Assembly (NCBI GenBank): GCA_028694995.1
Contig: JAQVJU010000003.1
Coordinates: 1-43,767, forward strand
DNA: 43,767 nucleotides
Origin: Minisyncoccota bacterium
Lineage (GTDB): Bacteria; Patescibacteriota; Minisyncoccia; UBA6257
Direction: 5' to 3'
Shown one piece after another: positions 12,339-20,495 of this stretch (positions within the stretch are counted from its first letter, which is position 1; each line of letters starts with the position of its first letter). Below the pieces are notes generated by a model. That model was not told the origin of the DNA, did no database searches, and saw nothing but the letters and a program-made list of their open reading frames with translations. The translations under genes were made by a program, and so were the position numbers.

Positions 12339-12825
12339 ATTGAGGCAAATCTTCTTTTTTCTGAATACCTAAATGCTGTAAAAAAGCAAAAGAAATACTA
12401 TAAAGATAAGTATTGTATCGCTGAGGATGACGAGAACGCTCTATTAATCCTCTGGATAATAATTGATTGATTGTATAAGTAGATTCAACTCCTCTAATCT
12501 CATTTATTTCTGTTCTCATAATTGGTCCTTGGTAAGCAATAATGGCTAAAGTTTCTTGAGCCACATTACTTAAATCCCCTTCTAAAACTTCTTTTTTCAA
12601 TTTTTGAATAAAAGATGTTGCTTCTGGCGCTGTTGTCATTAACCACTGACCATCATTTTCTAAAATCCTCATGCCTCTTTCTGAAGCATTAAATTCTTCT
12701 TTTAAAATCTCTAAGGTTTCTTTAACCTTAGATTCTTTTTCTTCTATTATTTTACTTATTCTTTGAAGAGAAAGAGGCTCTCCAGCAGCAAAAAGTAAGC
12801 TTTCTATTTTTGACTTGATATCCAT
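12298..12825 (-). CDS. scpB: segregation and condensation protein B
   Basis: IESLLFAAGEPLSLQRISKII ... TLAIIAYQGPIMRTEINEIRGV. It follows scpA with an overlap. Confidence 0.88.
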   Translation of the reverse strand: MDIKSKIESLLFAAGEPLSLQRISKIIEEKESKVKETLEILKEEFNASERGMRILENDGQWLMTTAPEATSFIQKLKKEVLEGDLSNVAQETLAIIAYQGPIMRTEINEIRGVESTYTINQLLSRGLIERSRHPQRYNTYLYSISFAFLQHLGIQKKEDLPQFDEFKKDGKESEE

Positions 12826-13508
12826 AGAGAACTAAAATTTTTATCTTGTTGTATTTTAATTAAGTTTTGCTTAGCTAAATGTAAGATAGCTAAAAAAGTT
12901 ACTATTAATTCCATTTTATTATCCTGCTTTGAATTGATCAATTCTTCAAAATTATAATCTTTGCCTTGAGTTAATTTTTGTATTAATTCTTGAATTCTTT
13001 CTTTAAGAGTGGCTATCTGCTTAAGCTTTTTTTCTTTTAAAACAACTGGTTTTTCAAATTCTGATAAGATTTTTTTAAAAGATTGTAAAAGATTATCTGT
13101 TGTCAAATGAGGCGGTGGTGAAAATTCATTAATAACATCTGCCCATGGGGTTCTAGTATAGAGGTAATATTTTTTTTGCCATAATTGTTCTATCTCTTTT
13201 CCTTTTTCCTTGTATTGTTTGTATAATTGCAAACGTTGTTCCAAATCCATAATCTCCTCTTCTTCTTCTGGTTCTAAAACTAAAACTGGTAAAAGAGTTT
13301 TGGATTTTATTAAAAGTAAAGTAGCGGCAATAACTAAAAAATCTGCCAAACTCTCAGGAGCGACTAAATCTTGATTATTAATATGCGCCAGATAATCTTG
13401 AGTAACTTCAGCTAAAGAAATCTCTGTAATTTCAAAATTATTCTTTTCTACTAATTGCAATAGAAGATCTAAGGGTCCGGTAAATTGTTGGGTTTTAATT
13501 TCGTACAT
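12804..13508 (-). CDS. scpA: segregation and condensation protein A
   Basis: FTGPLDLLLQLVEKNNFEITEISLAEVTQDYL is the typical ScpA N-terminus. The gene is paired with scpB. Confidence 0.88.
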   Translation of the reverse strand: MYEIKTQQFTGPLDLLLQLVEKNNFEITEISLAEVTQDYLAHINNQDLVAPESLADFLVIAATLLLIKSKTLLPVLVLEPEEEEEIMDLEQRLQLYKQYKEKGKEIEQLWQKKYYLYTRTPWADVINEFSPPPHLTTDNLLQSFKKILSEFEKPVVLKEKKLKQIATLKERIQELIQKLTQGKDYNFEELINSKQDNKMELIVTFLAILHLAKQNLIKIQQDKNFSSLWISSQK

Positions 13509-13519
13509 TCTAGTAAAAA

Positions 13520-15865
13520 CTATTTTTTCTCTATCTGTATTTCTGCTAAAAGCATATTTTTTACATTATTCACTAATAAATCTTTAAATCTTTCTTCTAG
13601 GGATTTATAAAAGAAATAGCTTTCCTTTTTGTATTCTACCAAAGAATCTTTACCGCCATAAGCTCTTAAGGAAGTTGAATCTCTTAAGAATTCCATTTTT
13701 TCTATATGCTCTATCCAAAGAGTATCTAAAATTCTTAAAATTATTGCTTTGAGAATATCTGATAATTTTTCTTCACTAATAGCTGCGGATTTGTCCTGAT
13801 AATCTTTTAAAGGAAATTCTTCATTGAGTTCTGTAAATATTTCCTCAAGATAATCTTTTAATTCCTTATTAGCTGCTTTTTCCAAAATATTATCACGGAT
13901 TCTATAAAAAGCGATTCTTTGTTTATTAATCACATCATCATATTCTAAGATATGTTTCCTCATATCAAAATACATCCCTTCTATCTTAGATTGGGCAACT
14001 TCTAAAGACTTCGTTACCATTGGATGTTCAATGGCTTGATCTGCTGGCCAACCTAATTTCTGCATCATACCTGATAGATATTTAGGAGCAAAAATACGCA
14101 TCAAATCATCTTCTAAGGAAATGAAAAATTGTGAAGAGCCAATATCTCCTTGACGACCAGCTCGACCTCTTAATTGATTATCTATTCTTCTAGCTTCATG
14201 TCTTTCTGTGCCAATAACATAAAGACCGCCTAATTCTAAAACCTTTTCTTTTTGTTCTTTATCTGGAGGATTGCCTCCCAAAACAATGTCCACTCCTCGT
14301 CCAGCCATATTAGTGGCCACAGTAACTGCTTTTAATTTTCCTGCCTGAGCAATTATTTCTCCTTCTCTTTCATGATTCTTAGCATTTAAAATATTATGAG
14401 GGATACCAGCTCTTTTCAAATACAAACTCAATAATTCATTTTTTTCTACTGATGGTGTCCCAATTAATATTGGCTGCTCTGCTTGATGTTTTTCTTTTAC
14501 TTCTTGAACAATGGCTTTTAATTTTGATTCATCAGTTTCATAAATTTTATCTGATAAATCTTTTCTCACCATAGGTTTATTAGTAGGAATTACTATAACC
14601 TCAGCATTGTAAACTTTTTTAAATTCCTCTGATGAAGTAAAGGCAGTTCCAGTCATTCCTGATAGTTTTTTATACAAACGGAAGTAGTTTTGCAAAGTGA
14701 TTGTGGCGACAGTGCGACTCTCTCTTTGAATAGGCACTCTTTCTTTAGCTTCAATTGCTTGATGCAAACCACCAGAATATCTTCGGCTTGGTAATAAACG
14801 ACCGGTAAATTCATCTACAATAATTATTTTCCCTTCTTTAACAATATAATCACGGTCTTTTAGAAAAAGATAATTTGCTTTTAAAGCTGTTTCTAAATGA
14901 TGAACATACAAGAGGCCTTTTTCATCAAAGATATTAAAGCCAAAGATTTTTTCTAATTTATTTAATCCTTCTTCTGTTAAAGCCACCGCCCTGTCTTTTT
15001 CATTAATGATAAAATCTAAATCTTTTTTTAATTTAGGCACCACTTGAGTAAATTCTTGATACAGCTTAGCTGCTTGTTGATCTGGCATCGAGATAATCAA
15101 AGGTGTTCTTGCTTCATCAATTAATACACTATCTGCTTCATCAATAATCACATAATGATGTTCTCTTTGGGTTTTTTCTTCTAAAGAAGAGATCAAATGA
15201 TCTCTTAAATAATCAAATCCAAATTCACTATTAGTGCCATAGGTAATATCTGCTAAATATGCTTGTTTTTTATCAACAGGGCGTAAAAATTCTTTAAAAA
15301 CTTTAAAACCACCAATTTCATCTCTCTTTGTATCTAATTCTTCTCTTTTATCTTTTTTTTCTATATATTGTGAATCATAAAGATAACTTCCATCTTGGCT
15401 TAAACAACTAGTGGTTAATCCTAAATAATCATAAACTTGTCCCATCCAAACTGCATCTCTTTTAGCTAAGTAGTCATTAACCGTGACAATATGAACTCCC
15501 TTGCCTTCAATAGCATTTAAAACTGCTGGCAATGTAGCCACTAATGTTTTCCCTTCTCCAGTTTTCATTTCAATGATTTTTCCTTCATGAAGAGCAATGC
15601 CTCCTAAAATCTGAACATCAAAATGACGCTGCTTTAAAGTGCGCTTACTCGCTTCCCGAGTTAGGGCAAAAACCTCTGGTAAAATTGCATCTAGGTTTTC
15701 ACCTTTTTGAATTTGTTCTTTTAAAAACTTTATCCTTTTAGGAAACTCTGATTGCGGTAAATTACTAATCTCTTTTTCCTTTTCATTAATTTCAGCAACA
15801 ATTTTTGATTTTTGTTTTTGATAACGAACACTTAAATCAGGAAAAAAAATATCTAATAAAGACAT
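13520..15865 (-). CDS. secA: preprotein translocase ATPase SecA (short form)
   Basis: MKTGEGKTLVATL (Walker A), IIDEADSVLIDEARTPLII, TNMAGRGVDI and LRGRAGRQGD. 781 aa. Confidence 0.95.
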   Translation of the reverse strand: MSLLDIFFPDLSVRYQKQKSKIVAEINEKEKEISNLPQSEFPKRIKFLKEQIQKGENLDAILPEVFALTREASKRTLKQRHFDVQILGGIALHEGKIIEMKTGEGKTLVATLPAVLNAIEGKGVHIVTVNDYLAKRDAVWMGQVYDYLGLTTSCLSQDGSYLYDSQYIEKKDKREELDTKRDEIGGFKVFKEFLRPVDKKQAYLADITYGTNSEFGFDYLRDHLISSLEEKTQREHHYVIIDEADSVLIDEARTPLIISMPDQQAAKLYQEFTQVVPKLKKDLDFIINEKDRAVALTEEGLNKLEKIFGFNIFDEKGLLYVHHLETALKANYLFLKDRDYIVKEGKIIIVDEFTGRLLPSRRYSGGLHQAIEAKERVPIQRESRTVATITLQNYFRLYKKLSGMTGTAFTSSEEFKKVYNAEVIVIPTNKPMVRKDLSDKIYETDESKLKAIVQEVKEKHQAEQPILIGTPSVEKNELLSLYLKRAGIPHNILNAKNHEREGEIIAQAGKLKAVTVATNMAGRGVDIVLGGNPPDKEQKEKVLELGGLYVIGTERHEARRIDNQLRGRAGRQGDIGSSQFFISLEDDLMRIFAPKYLSGMMQKLGWPADQAIEHPMVTKSLEVAQSKIEGMYFDMRKHILEYDDVINKQRIAFYRIRDNILEKAANKELKDYLEEIFTELNEEFPLKDYQDKSAAISEEKLSDILKAIILRILDTLWIEHIEKMEFLRDSTSLRAYGGKDSLVEYKKESYFFYKSLEERFKDLLVNNVKNMLLAEIQIEKK

Positions 15866-15943
15866 AAAGTAAAAAATTAATAATCAAAATTACTTTCGCC
15901 TATACCTTATAGCGATCATAATTATATTTAATATATAAAAAAC

Positions 15944-16300
15944 TTACAAATGGAGTTTCCTTTTTAAAAGACGAGCTAACCTTCTAAAACGACCTTTTTT
16001 CATTCCCTTATCTTTGACAATTAAACTCTTTAAGTTATTTTTCAGTTTCTTTACCACTTCTTCAAAACTACCTCCAGTTGTTTTATAAACAATATCTTTT
16101 CCAGGAATAGCAAAATTAGCTTCAGCAAAAAAAATCTCCCCAGTTTGTTGCTGTGAAGTAACTTTACCTATATTAACTGTTAAGTCAGCCTTGTCTTTGT
16201 AATGCTTAGTAACTTTTTCAAGAACTTTCAAATTCTTTTCTAAGTATTCTTGTTGTTTATCTAATAACTTAATATTAACAGGATTAATTCTAATATTCAT
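15944..16300 (-). CDS. hpf: ribosome hibernation promoting factor / RaiA family
   Basis: MNIRINPVNIKLLDKQQEYLEKNLKVLEK...FFAEANFAIPGKDIVYKTT...FEEVVKKLKNNLKSL has the family layout. I start it at MNIRI (ATG 16300..16298) rather than the track start 16342. Confidence 0.7.
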   Translation of the reverse strand: MNIRINPVNIKLLDKQQEYLEKNLKVLEKVTKHYKDKADLTVNIGKVTSQQQTGEIFFAEANFAIPGKDIVYKTTGGSFEEVVKKLKNNLKSLIVKDKGMKKGRFRRLARLLKRKLHL

Positions 16301-16382
16301 TAATCTAATTTTACCTAAAAAAACATCTAAAATCAAACCCACTCTTGATCTCTCAAGAGCGGGTTTAAAAGCAAATTAATGC

Positions 16383-16583
16383 TTATTTTCTTTTTTTAGT
16401 TACTTTCTTAACTTTTCTTGCTTTAGGTTTAGCTTTTTTAACAACCTTTTTTGCCTTTGGTTTTGCTTTAGGCTTAGCTTTTGGCTTAGCCTTAGGTCTA
16501 ACTTTAGGCTTAGCTTTCTTTACGGTTTTTCTTGCTTTTGGTTTTGCTTTTTTAACGGCTTTTTTAACTTTTTTTGTAGCCAT
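16383..16583 (-). CDS. Lys/Ala/Pro-rich histone-H1-like basic protein
   Basis: 66 aa composed almost only of K, A, P, V and R. It contains a tandem PKAK x4 core (RPKAKPKAKPKAKPKAKK), mirrored by a short DNA tandem repeat at about 16440..16510. Confidence 0.6.
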   Translation of the reverse strand: MATKKVKKAVKKAKPKARKTVKKAKPKVRPKAKPKAKPKAKPKAKKVVKKAKPKARKVKKVTKKRK

Positions 16584-16593
16584 TTTTTTATTG

Positions 16594-16692
16594 AGCGCTA
16601 CTAATTAATTTTATTCTAAAACAATTAGGCGCTGATAATTTTTCAAACAGCCGACCAACCCTTTTAAGGATTATCCGAATGGATGCTGTCTG
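16594..16692 (-). promoter_or_regulatory. structured 5' leader upstream of the histone-like gene (two hairpin domains)
   Basis: Minus-strand RNA has CAGACAGC...GCUGUUUG (8 bp) enclosing AUCC-auuc-GGAU. This is followed by AGCGCCUAAUU...AAUUAGUAGCGCU, which ends 10 nt before the ATG. The segment is locally G+C-richer than its flanks. Confidence 0.3.
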
Positions 16693-16808
16693 AATATTTT
16701 AATAACTTCAAAATTCTTTTAATTAATTTTTGAAATTATTTTCCAAAATTATTTTTCAAAAAATATTTTTACTTCTCTATTAAAATTTTAACTCTTAGAA
16801 AATTAATG

Positions 16809-17750
16809 TCAATAGTGGATAACAATTACTTCTTCTTGTAACTTAATTTTAAATTTTTTAAAAACTTTTTCTTTGCAAAAACTTATTAAATCTAAAATAT
16901 TTTTTGCTGTTGCCTGATTAAAATTAATAATAATGTTTGCATGAAAATCAGAAATCATTGCCCCACCAATTTTTGTTCCTTTTAAGCCACATTGATCAAT
17001 AAACCAACCAGCAGATATCTTGCCTCCTTGAATCTTAGCTTGTTTCCTGTATTTTTCAGCTACTTCTTTAGCATAAATATTCTTAAACACACTTCCAGCT
17101 GAAGGATATTTAAAAAGACCTCTTTGGGTTTTATAATTTCTATTTTCCCTCGCTTGCTCAATAATCTTTTCTCTTTTTCCTTTTTTAATAAAGATTTCTA
17201 CTGCCCAAATTATTTCTTTGTTTTTTTTAAAAATACTATTCCTGTATTTAAATTGACAATCTTTTGATAAATAAGTTTTTTCTTTATAAGTTTCTGTATT
17301 TATGGTTTTTACTTTTTTTACAATCTGACTCATTTCATTTCCAAAAGCCCCAGCATTACCATAAACGGCTCCGCCTAGAGTACCTGGAATACCGGCTACC
17401 CATTCTAATTCTTGATATTCCATTTTAATAAATTTTCCCAACAATAACTCCAACATTATCCCAGCAGGAACAATGATTGTTTGAGAATCAATTTTCCTTA
17501 TTCTATTATTTCTTATCCTAATTATTAATCCAGGATATTTTTTTCCTGCAAACAGAACATTAGAGCCATTACCTAAAATAAAAAAAGGCAAAGAATTAGC
17601 TTTTGCCCATTGCAAGCTTTTTATTAATTGTTTTTTATTAGAAACAATTGCTAAATAACTTGTCTTTGTTTTTATTCTAAAAGTATTGCTCTGCTCTAAA
17701 GAAACGTCTTTTTTAATCCAATCAGGGATTTTGGTTTTTAATTTTGCCAT
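16809..17750 (-). CDS. murB: UDP-N-acetylenolpyruvoylglucosamine reductase
   Basis: FAD-binding N-domain (FILGNGSNVLF), GIPGTLGGAVYGNAGAFG, and the C-terminal MurB domain (PSAGSVFKN). Confidence 0.9.
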   Translation of the reverse strand: MAKLKTKIPDWIKKDVSLEQSNTFRIKTKTSYLAIVSNKKQLIKSLQWAKANSLPFFILGNGSNVLFAGKKYPGLIIRIRNNRIRKIDSQTIIVPAGIMLELLLGKFIKMEYQELEWVAGIPGTLGGAVYGNAGAFGNEMSQIVKKVKTINTETYKEKTYLSKDCQFKYRNSIFKKNKEIIWAVEIFIKKGKREKIIEQARENRNYKTQRGLFKYPSAGSVFKNIYAKEVAEKYRKQAKIQGGKISAGWFIDQCGLKGTKIGGAMISDFHANIIINFNQATAKNILDLISFCKEKVFKKFKIKLQEEVIVIHY

Positions 17751-17758
17751 TTGATTTT

Positions 17759-17830
17759 AAAAAGAGGGCCCTGGAAGGGTTGACTCCTAAACTATTTGTC
17801 TATTAAGTGAGTGCGCAGCCTCCAAGGCCC
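17759..17830 (-). terminator. terminator-like / attenuator hairpin just upstream of the murB ATG
   Basis: GGGCCUUGGAGG (17830..17819) pairs with CUUCCAGGGCCC (17777..17766): 12 bp, two of them G.U. UCUUUUU (17765..17759) follows. The loop is about 40 nt with partial internal pairing. Confidence 0.4.
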
Positions 17831-17978
17831 AATTAAATCTTAAAGCATATTAAAAAAAGATGCAAGGTTATTCTAGATAAAAAAATTCCGCCCTGTAAAA
17901 CAGAACGGAAAATCGACAAATAGTAGGGTTATCTTAATTAAAGGCAAAACCTCTCGTCAAGACAACTCACTCACTTAA
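17759..17978 (-). ncRNA. unclassified structured RNA / cis-regulatory leader of murB
   Basis: Two perfect long-range complementarities are present: 11 nt (17978..17968 with 17813..17803) and 10 nt (17924..17915 with 17800..17791). There are also a central hairpin UUCCG..CUG-uuuua-CAG..CGGAA and a terminal hairpin with a U-tract. Confidence 0.45.
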
Positions 17979-17982
17979 CAGC

Positions 17983-18011
17983 ATTATACACTATTTCTTT
18001 TTAAAAAGCAA
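17983..18011 (-). promoter_or_regulatory. sigma70-type promoter for the murB-upstream RNA
   Basis: Minus strand reads TTGCTT (18011..18006), a 17-nt spacer, then TATAAT (17988..17983). The first long-range pairing segment starts about 5-10 nt downstream. Confidence 0.45.
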
Positions 18012-18015
18012 GTTT

Positions 18016-19347
18016 TTAATGAGTGGGAATTTCAAAAGGAATGCGCCATGATTTTAAAGCAATAATGGCATCAAAAAAGATATTCCGGTTTTTCAAGTAA
18101 TAAAAATCATATTTTAATTTCTCTTTTGCATCTTCTATAGAAGCTCCATGAGGATAATTAAGCTGAGCCCAACCAATAGCCCCAGGTTTAATTAAAGCCC
18201 TGAATTCATAAAAAGGAACTTCTTGTTTAAAAAGTTTTGTTAATTTGATTTCTTCTGGCCGTGGACCAACAAAAGAAACATCTCCTTTAATAATATTAAA
18301 GATTTGAGGAAGTTCATCTAAATGCAAATATCTTAAAACCTTACCTAACCTTGTAATCCGCGAATCATTCTTCAAAGTCCATGCTGGTCCAATACTACTA
18401 GCATCTTCTACCATCGTTCTGAATTTATAAATATAAAATTCTTTTCCTTTTAAACCACTGCGAATAGATTTATGTAAAATTGGGCCTGGAGAATCTATTT
18501 TTATTAAACAAGGTATTATTAACCAAAAAGGTAAGGTAAAAATAAACAATATTATACTACTAAAAATATCAAATATTCTTTTAATAGTTTCATAAAATTC
18601 TCTGTTTTTACTATAATAATTTTCCACAAACCAAGAAGGATTTACTAAATTAATTGGTATTTTCTGAATAGTAGATTCATAAAAATCAACTAAATTAATA
18701 ATTTTAATTTTGTAATAAATATCAGGAAATTTAGAAAAAAGAGAGAAAAAACTCTCAAATAAAATTGCATCAACTACAATAGCATCAATTTCTTTTTCTT
18801 TGATCTCTTTAATGATTTTCTCTGTTTTATCTTCTATATTCTTAGGAGATAATATTTCTTCTATCTGATAGCCTAATTGTGGATGTTTTTTAAGAAAAAG
18901 ATTGATTTCCTTTGCTTCTTCAGTATCTGAGATTATAAAAACTTTTAATTTAGGAACTTCTATTATTCGGTTAAACAATCCCCGCCAAATTAAAAACAAA
19001 GTTAAAGAGAAAAGAATTGTTAAAAATAAAACTATTTTTGGTGCTAAAGAAGGTACAAAAAGGTAAAAATAGATTATGCCTATTATAGCTCCAATACCAA
19101 ATAATTTAAAAGCCATTTCAAAGAATTTTCTTCTATTAATCGCATGTCTTAATTCATATAGATGACTAATTAGAAACAAGATAATCCAGATTACAAAGAT
19201 AAAAGAAAATGGAAACAAGCTTTGATGAAAAACCCCCACATCAAAAGGCCAACCATGCCTAATAAGAATAGCTAAAACCAAAGAGACATAAAAAATAATC
19301 AAATCACCAACCACTAAATAAAAAGTTTTAATTCTGTTTTGTAACAT
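18016..19347 (-). CDS. initiating polyprenyl-phosphate sugar phosphotransferase (WbaP/CpsE-type bacterial sugar transferase)
   Basis: N-terminal TM bundle. C-terminal domain IFDIFSSIILFIFTLPFWLI...KFRTM...LDELPQIFNIIKGDVSFVGPRPE. Confidence 0.9.
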   Translation of the reverse strand: MLQNRIKTFYLVVGDLIIFYVSLVLAILIRHGWPFDVGVFHQSLFPFSFIFVIWIILFLISHLYELRHAINRRKFFEMAFKLFGIGAIIGIIYFYLFVPSLAPKIVLFLTILFSLTLFLIWRGLFNRIIEVPKLKVFIISDTEEAKEINLFLKKHPQLGYQIEEILSPKNIEDKTEKIIKEIKEKEIDAIVVDAILFESFFSLFSKFPDIYYKIKIINLVDFYESTIQKIPINLVNPSWFVENYYSKNREFYETIKRIFDIFSSIILFIFTLPFWLIIPCLIKIDSPGPILHKSIRSGLKGKEFYIYKFRTMVEDASSIGPAWTLKNDSRITRLGKVLRYLHLDELPQIFNIIKGDVSFVGPRPEEIKLTKLFKQEVPFYEFRALIKPGAIGWAQLNYPHGASIEDAKEKLKYDFYYLKNRNIFFDAIIALKSWRIPFEIPTH

Positions 19348-19370
19348 TTTTTATCAATTTCTTACTAATA

Positions 19371-19847
19371 TTATAGTTTTAAAACTTGAAAAATCAAAAT
19401 CAAAACAACAGCCGTATATATTCCAGCCACAATATCATCAAAAACAATTCCCCAACCTTTAGGTAAAGATTCAATAACATTAGCTGGAAAAACCTTCACT
19501 GCATCTATTATTCCATAAACAAAGAAAATTATTAAAAACATCAATAAAGGTAAATCAGAAAACCAAATTGTAGCTACTAAAACACCAATAACTTCATCAA
19601 TAATGATTTTCCTAGAATCTTTTTTCTGAAATAGTTGTTCTGCTCTTGAAGTTAAAGGAATTGCAAAGATGATAAGAATTAAAGTTATTAATCCTTTTTG
19701 CCAAAAAATCAATGAATGAACTAAATAAGCAATAATCACTCCTAAGCCAACCCCAGCTGCTCCAGGAAATACAGGTAAATAACCTACTCCAAAACAAGTA
19801 GCAAATAATTTTACAAAAAAATCTTTATAATTATTTAAAAAATCCAT
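19371..19847 (-). CDS. pgpA: phosphatidylglycerophosphatase A family protein
   Basis: CFGVGYLPVFPGAAGVGLG ... IIIDEVIGV ... GWGIVFDDIVAGIYT. 158 aa. Its ATG overlaps the stop of the upstream UbiA-like gene. Confidence 0.8.
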   Translation of the reverse strand: MDFLNNYKDFFVKLFATCFGVGYLPVFPGAAGVGLGVIIAYLVHSLIFWQKGLITLILIIFAIPLTSRAEQLFQKKDSRKIIIDEVIGVLVATIWFSDLPLLMFLIIFFVYGIIDAVKVFPANVIESLPKGWGIVFDDIVAGIYTAVVLILIFQVLKL

Positions 19848-20422
19848 TACTTAGCTATTTGAGTATTAACTCCTTCATCAGTAAATGCATTTTTATAAAA
19901 AGAATGCAATAAACCAAAAACAAAACCAAAAACAATATACCAAATGTTTAAAGTTAGATTAATTATTGCCCCACCAGCTAAAACTCTTAAAACATAACCT
20001 AATCCAGCGCAAAAAGAACAAATATATCTTACATGCTCTAACCAAAGCGTATAAGTCATATTAATAATCAAATATAAAACAGCTATTACTGCAAACTTCA
20101 AATTAATTTGCAAACTTAACCACAAACCAAGGATAATCAAAATCAAACTACTAAATAAAGCTATACTTGGGTTTAATTTCCCAGAAGCAATTGGTCTTTG
20201 AGATTTTATTGGATGTTTTTTATCTTTTTCCTGATCTAAAACATCATTAAATAAATAAGCCACTCCAGTAAATAAACTAAATAACAAAAAAGCTTCTCCA
20301 GTTTTTAAAAACAATGGTAAATTAAATATCATTCCAGAAAATAACAAAGGGATAAAAACAAAAAGATTTTTAATCAATTTTTTAGGTCGAAAACTAAGAA
20401 AGATATAATAAAGAGTTTTCAT
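19847..20422 (-). CDS. UbiA-family prenyl/phosphoribosyl transferase-like protein, short (191 aa)
   Basis: FRPKKLIKNLFVF N-terminus and first Asp-rich motif NDVLDQEKDKKHPIKSQRPIASGKL. There are about 6 TM segments. The ORF ends where the second Asp-rich motif of the family would be expected. Confidence 0.65.
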   Translation of the reverse strand: MKTLYYIFLSFRPKKLIKNLFVFIPLLFSGMIFNLPLFLKTGEAFLLFSLFTGVAYLFNDVLDQEKDKKHPIKSQRPIASGKLNPSIALFSSLILIILGLWLSLQINLKFAVIAVLYLIINMTYTLWLEHVRYICSFCAGLGYVLRVLAGGAIINLTLNIWYIVFGFVFGLLHSFYKNAFTDEGVNTQIAK

Positions 20423-20495
20423 GTTTTTCTTCTTATTTTCTTATGTTATACACTGTTTTTGTATTTTTTCTTAAAAAATTAATATTTCTTCAGTT

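Noticed and set aside
15866-15943. Imperfect hairpin (CGC-C-TATA cct TATAGCG) between hpf and secA, considered as a terminator.
   Set aside because: The stem is only 8 bp and A/U-rich, with a bulge and a 3-nt loop. It is not followed by a clean U-tract on the minus strand. The evidence is too weak to report as a feature.
16440-16510. Short tandem DNA repeat (GGCTTAGC / TTTGG units), considered as a CRISPR-like or satellite repeat.
   Set aside because: It is the coding image of the PKAK x4 peptide repeat inside the histone-like ORF. There are no spacers or array structure.
17764-17830. Possible SRP (4.5S) RNA on the plus strand, because of GGGCCCUGGAAGGG ... GCGCAGCCUCCAAGGCCC, which resembles GGUCCGGAAGGAAGCAGCCAAGG.
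   Set aside because: In SRP RNA the GGAA tetraloop is directly followed by GGAAGCAGCC. Here about 35 unrelated nucleotides intervene and the conserved asymmetric-loop sequence is missing. The resemblance is explained by the complementary arms of the terminator-like hairpin, and the U-tract fits the minus orientation.
19612-19797. Minus-strand 61-aa ORF inside pgpA. A similar 62-aa ORF lies at 34773..34961 inside the FkbM methyltransferase gene.
   Set aside because: Both are out-of-frame overlaps of longer genes whose frames carry the family motifs. There is no independent support.
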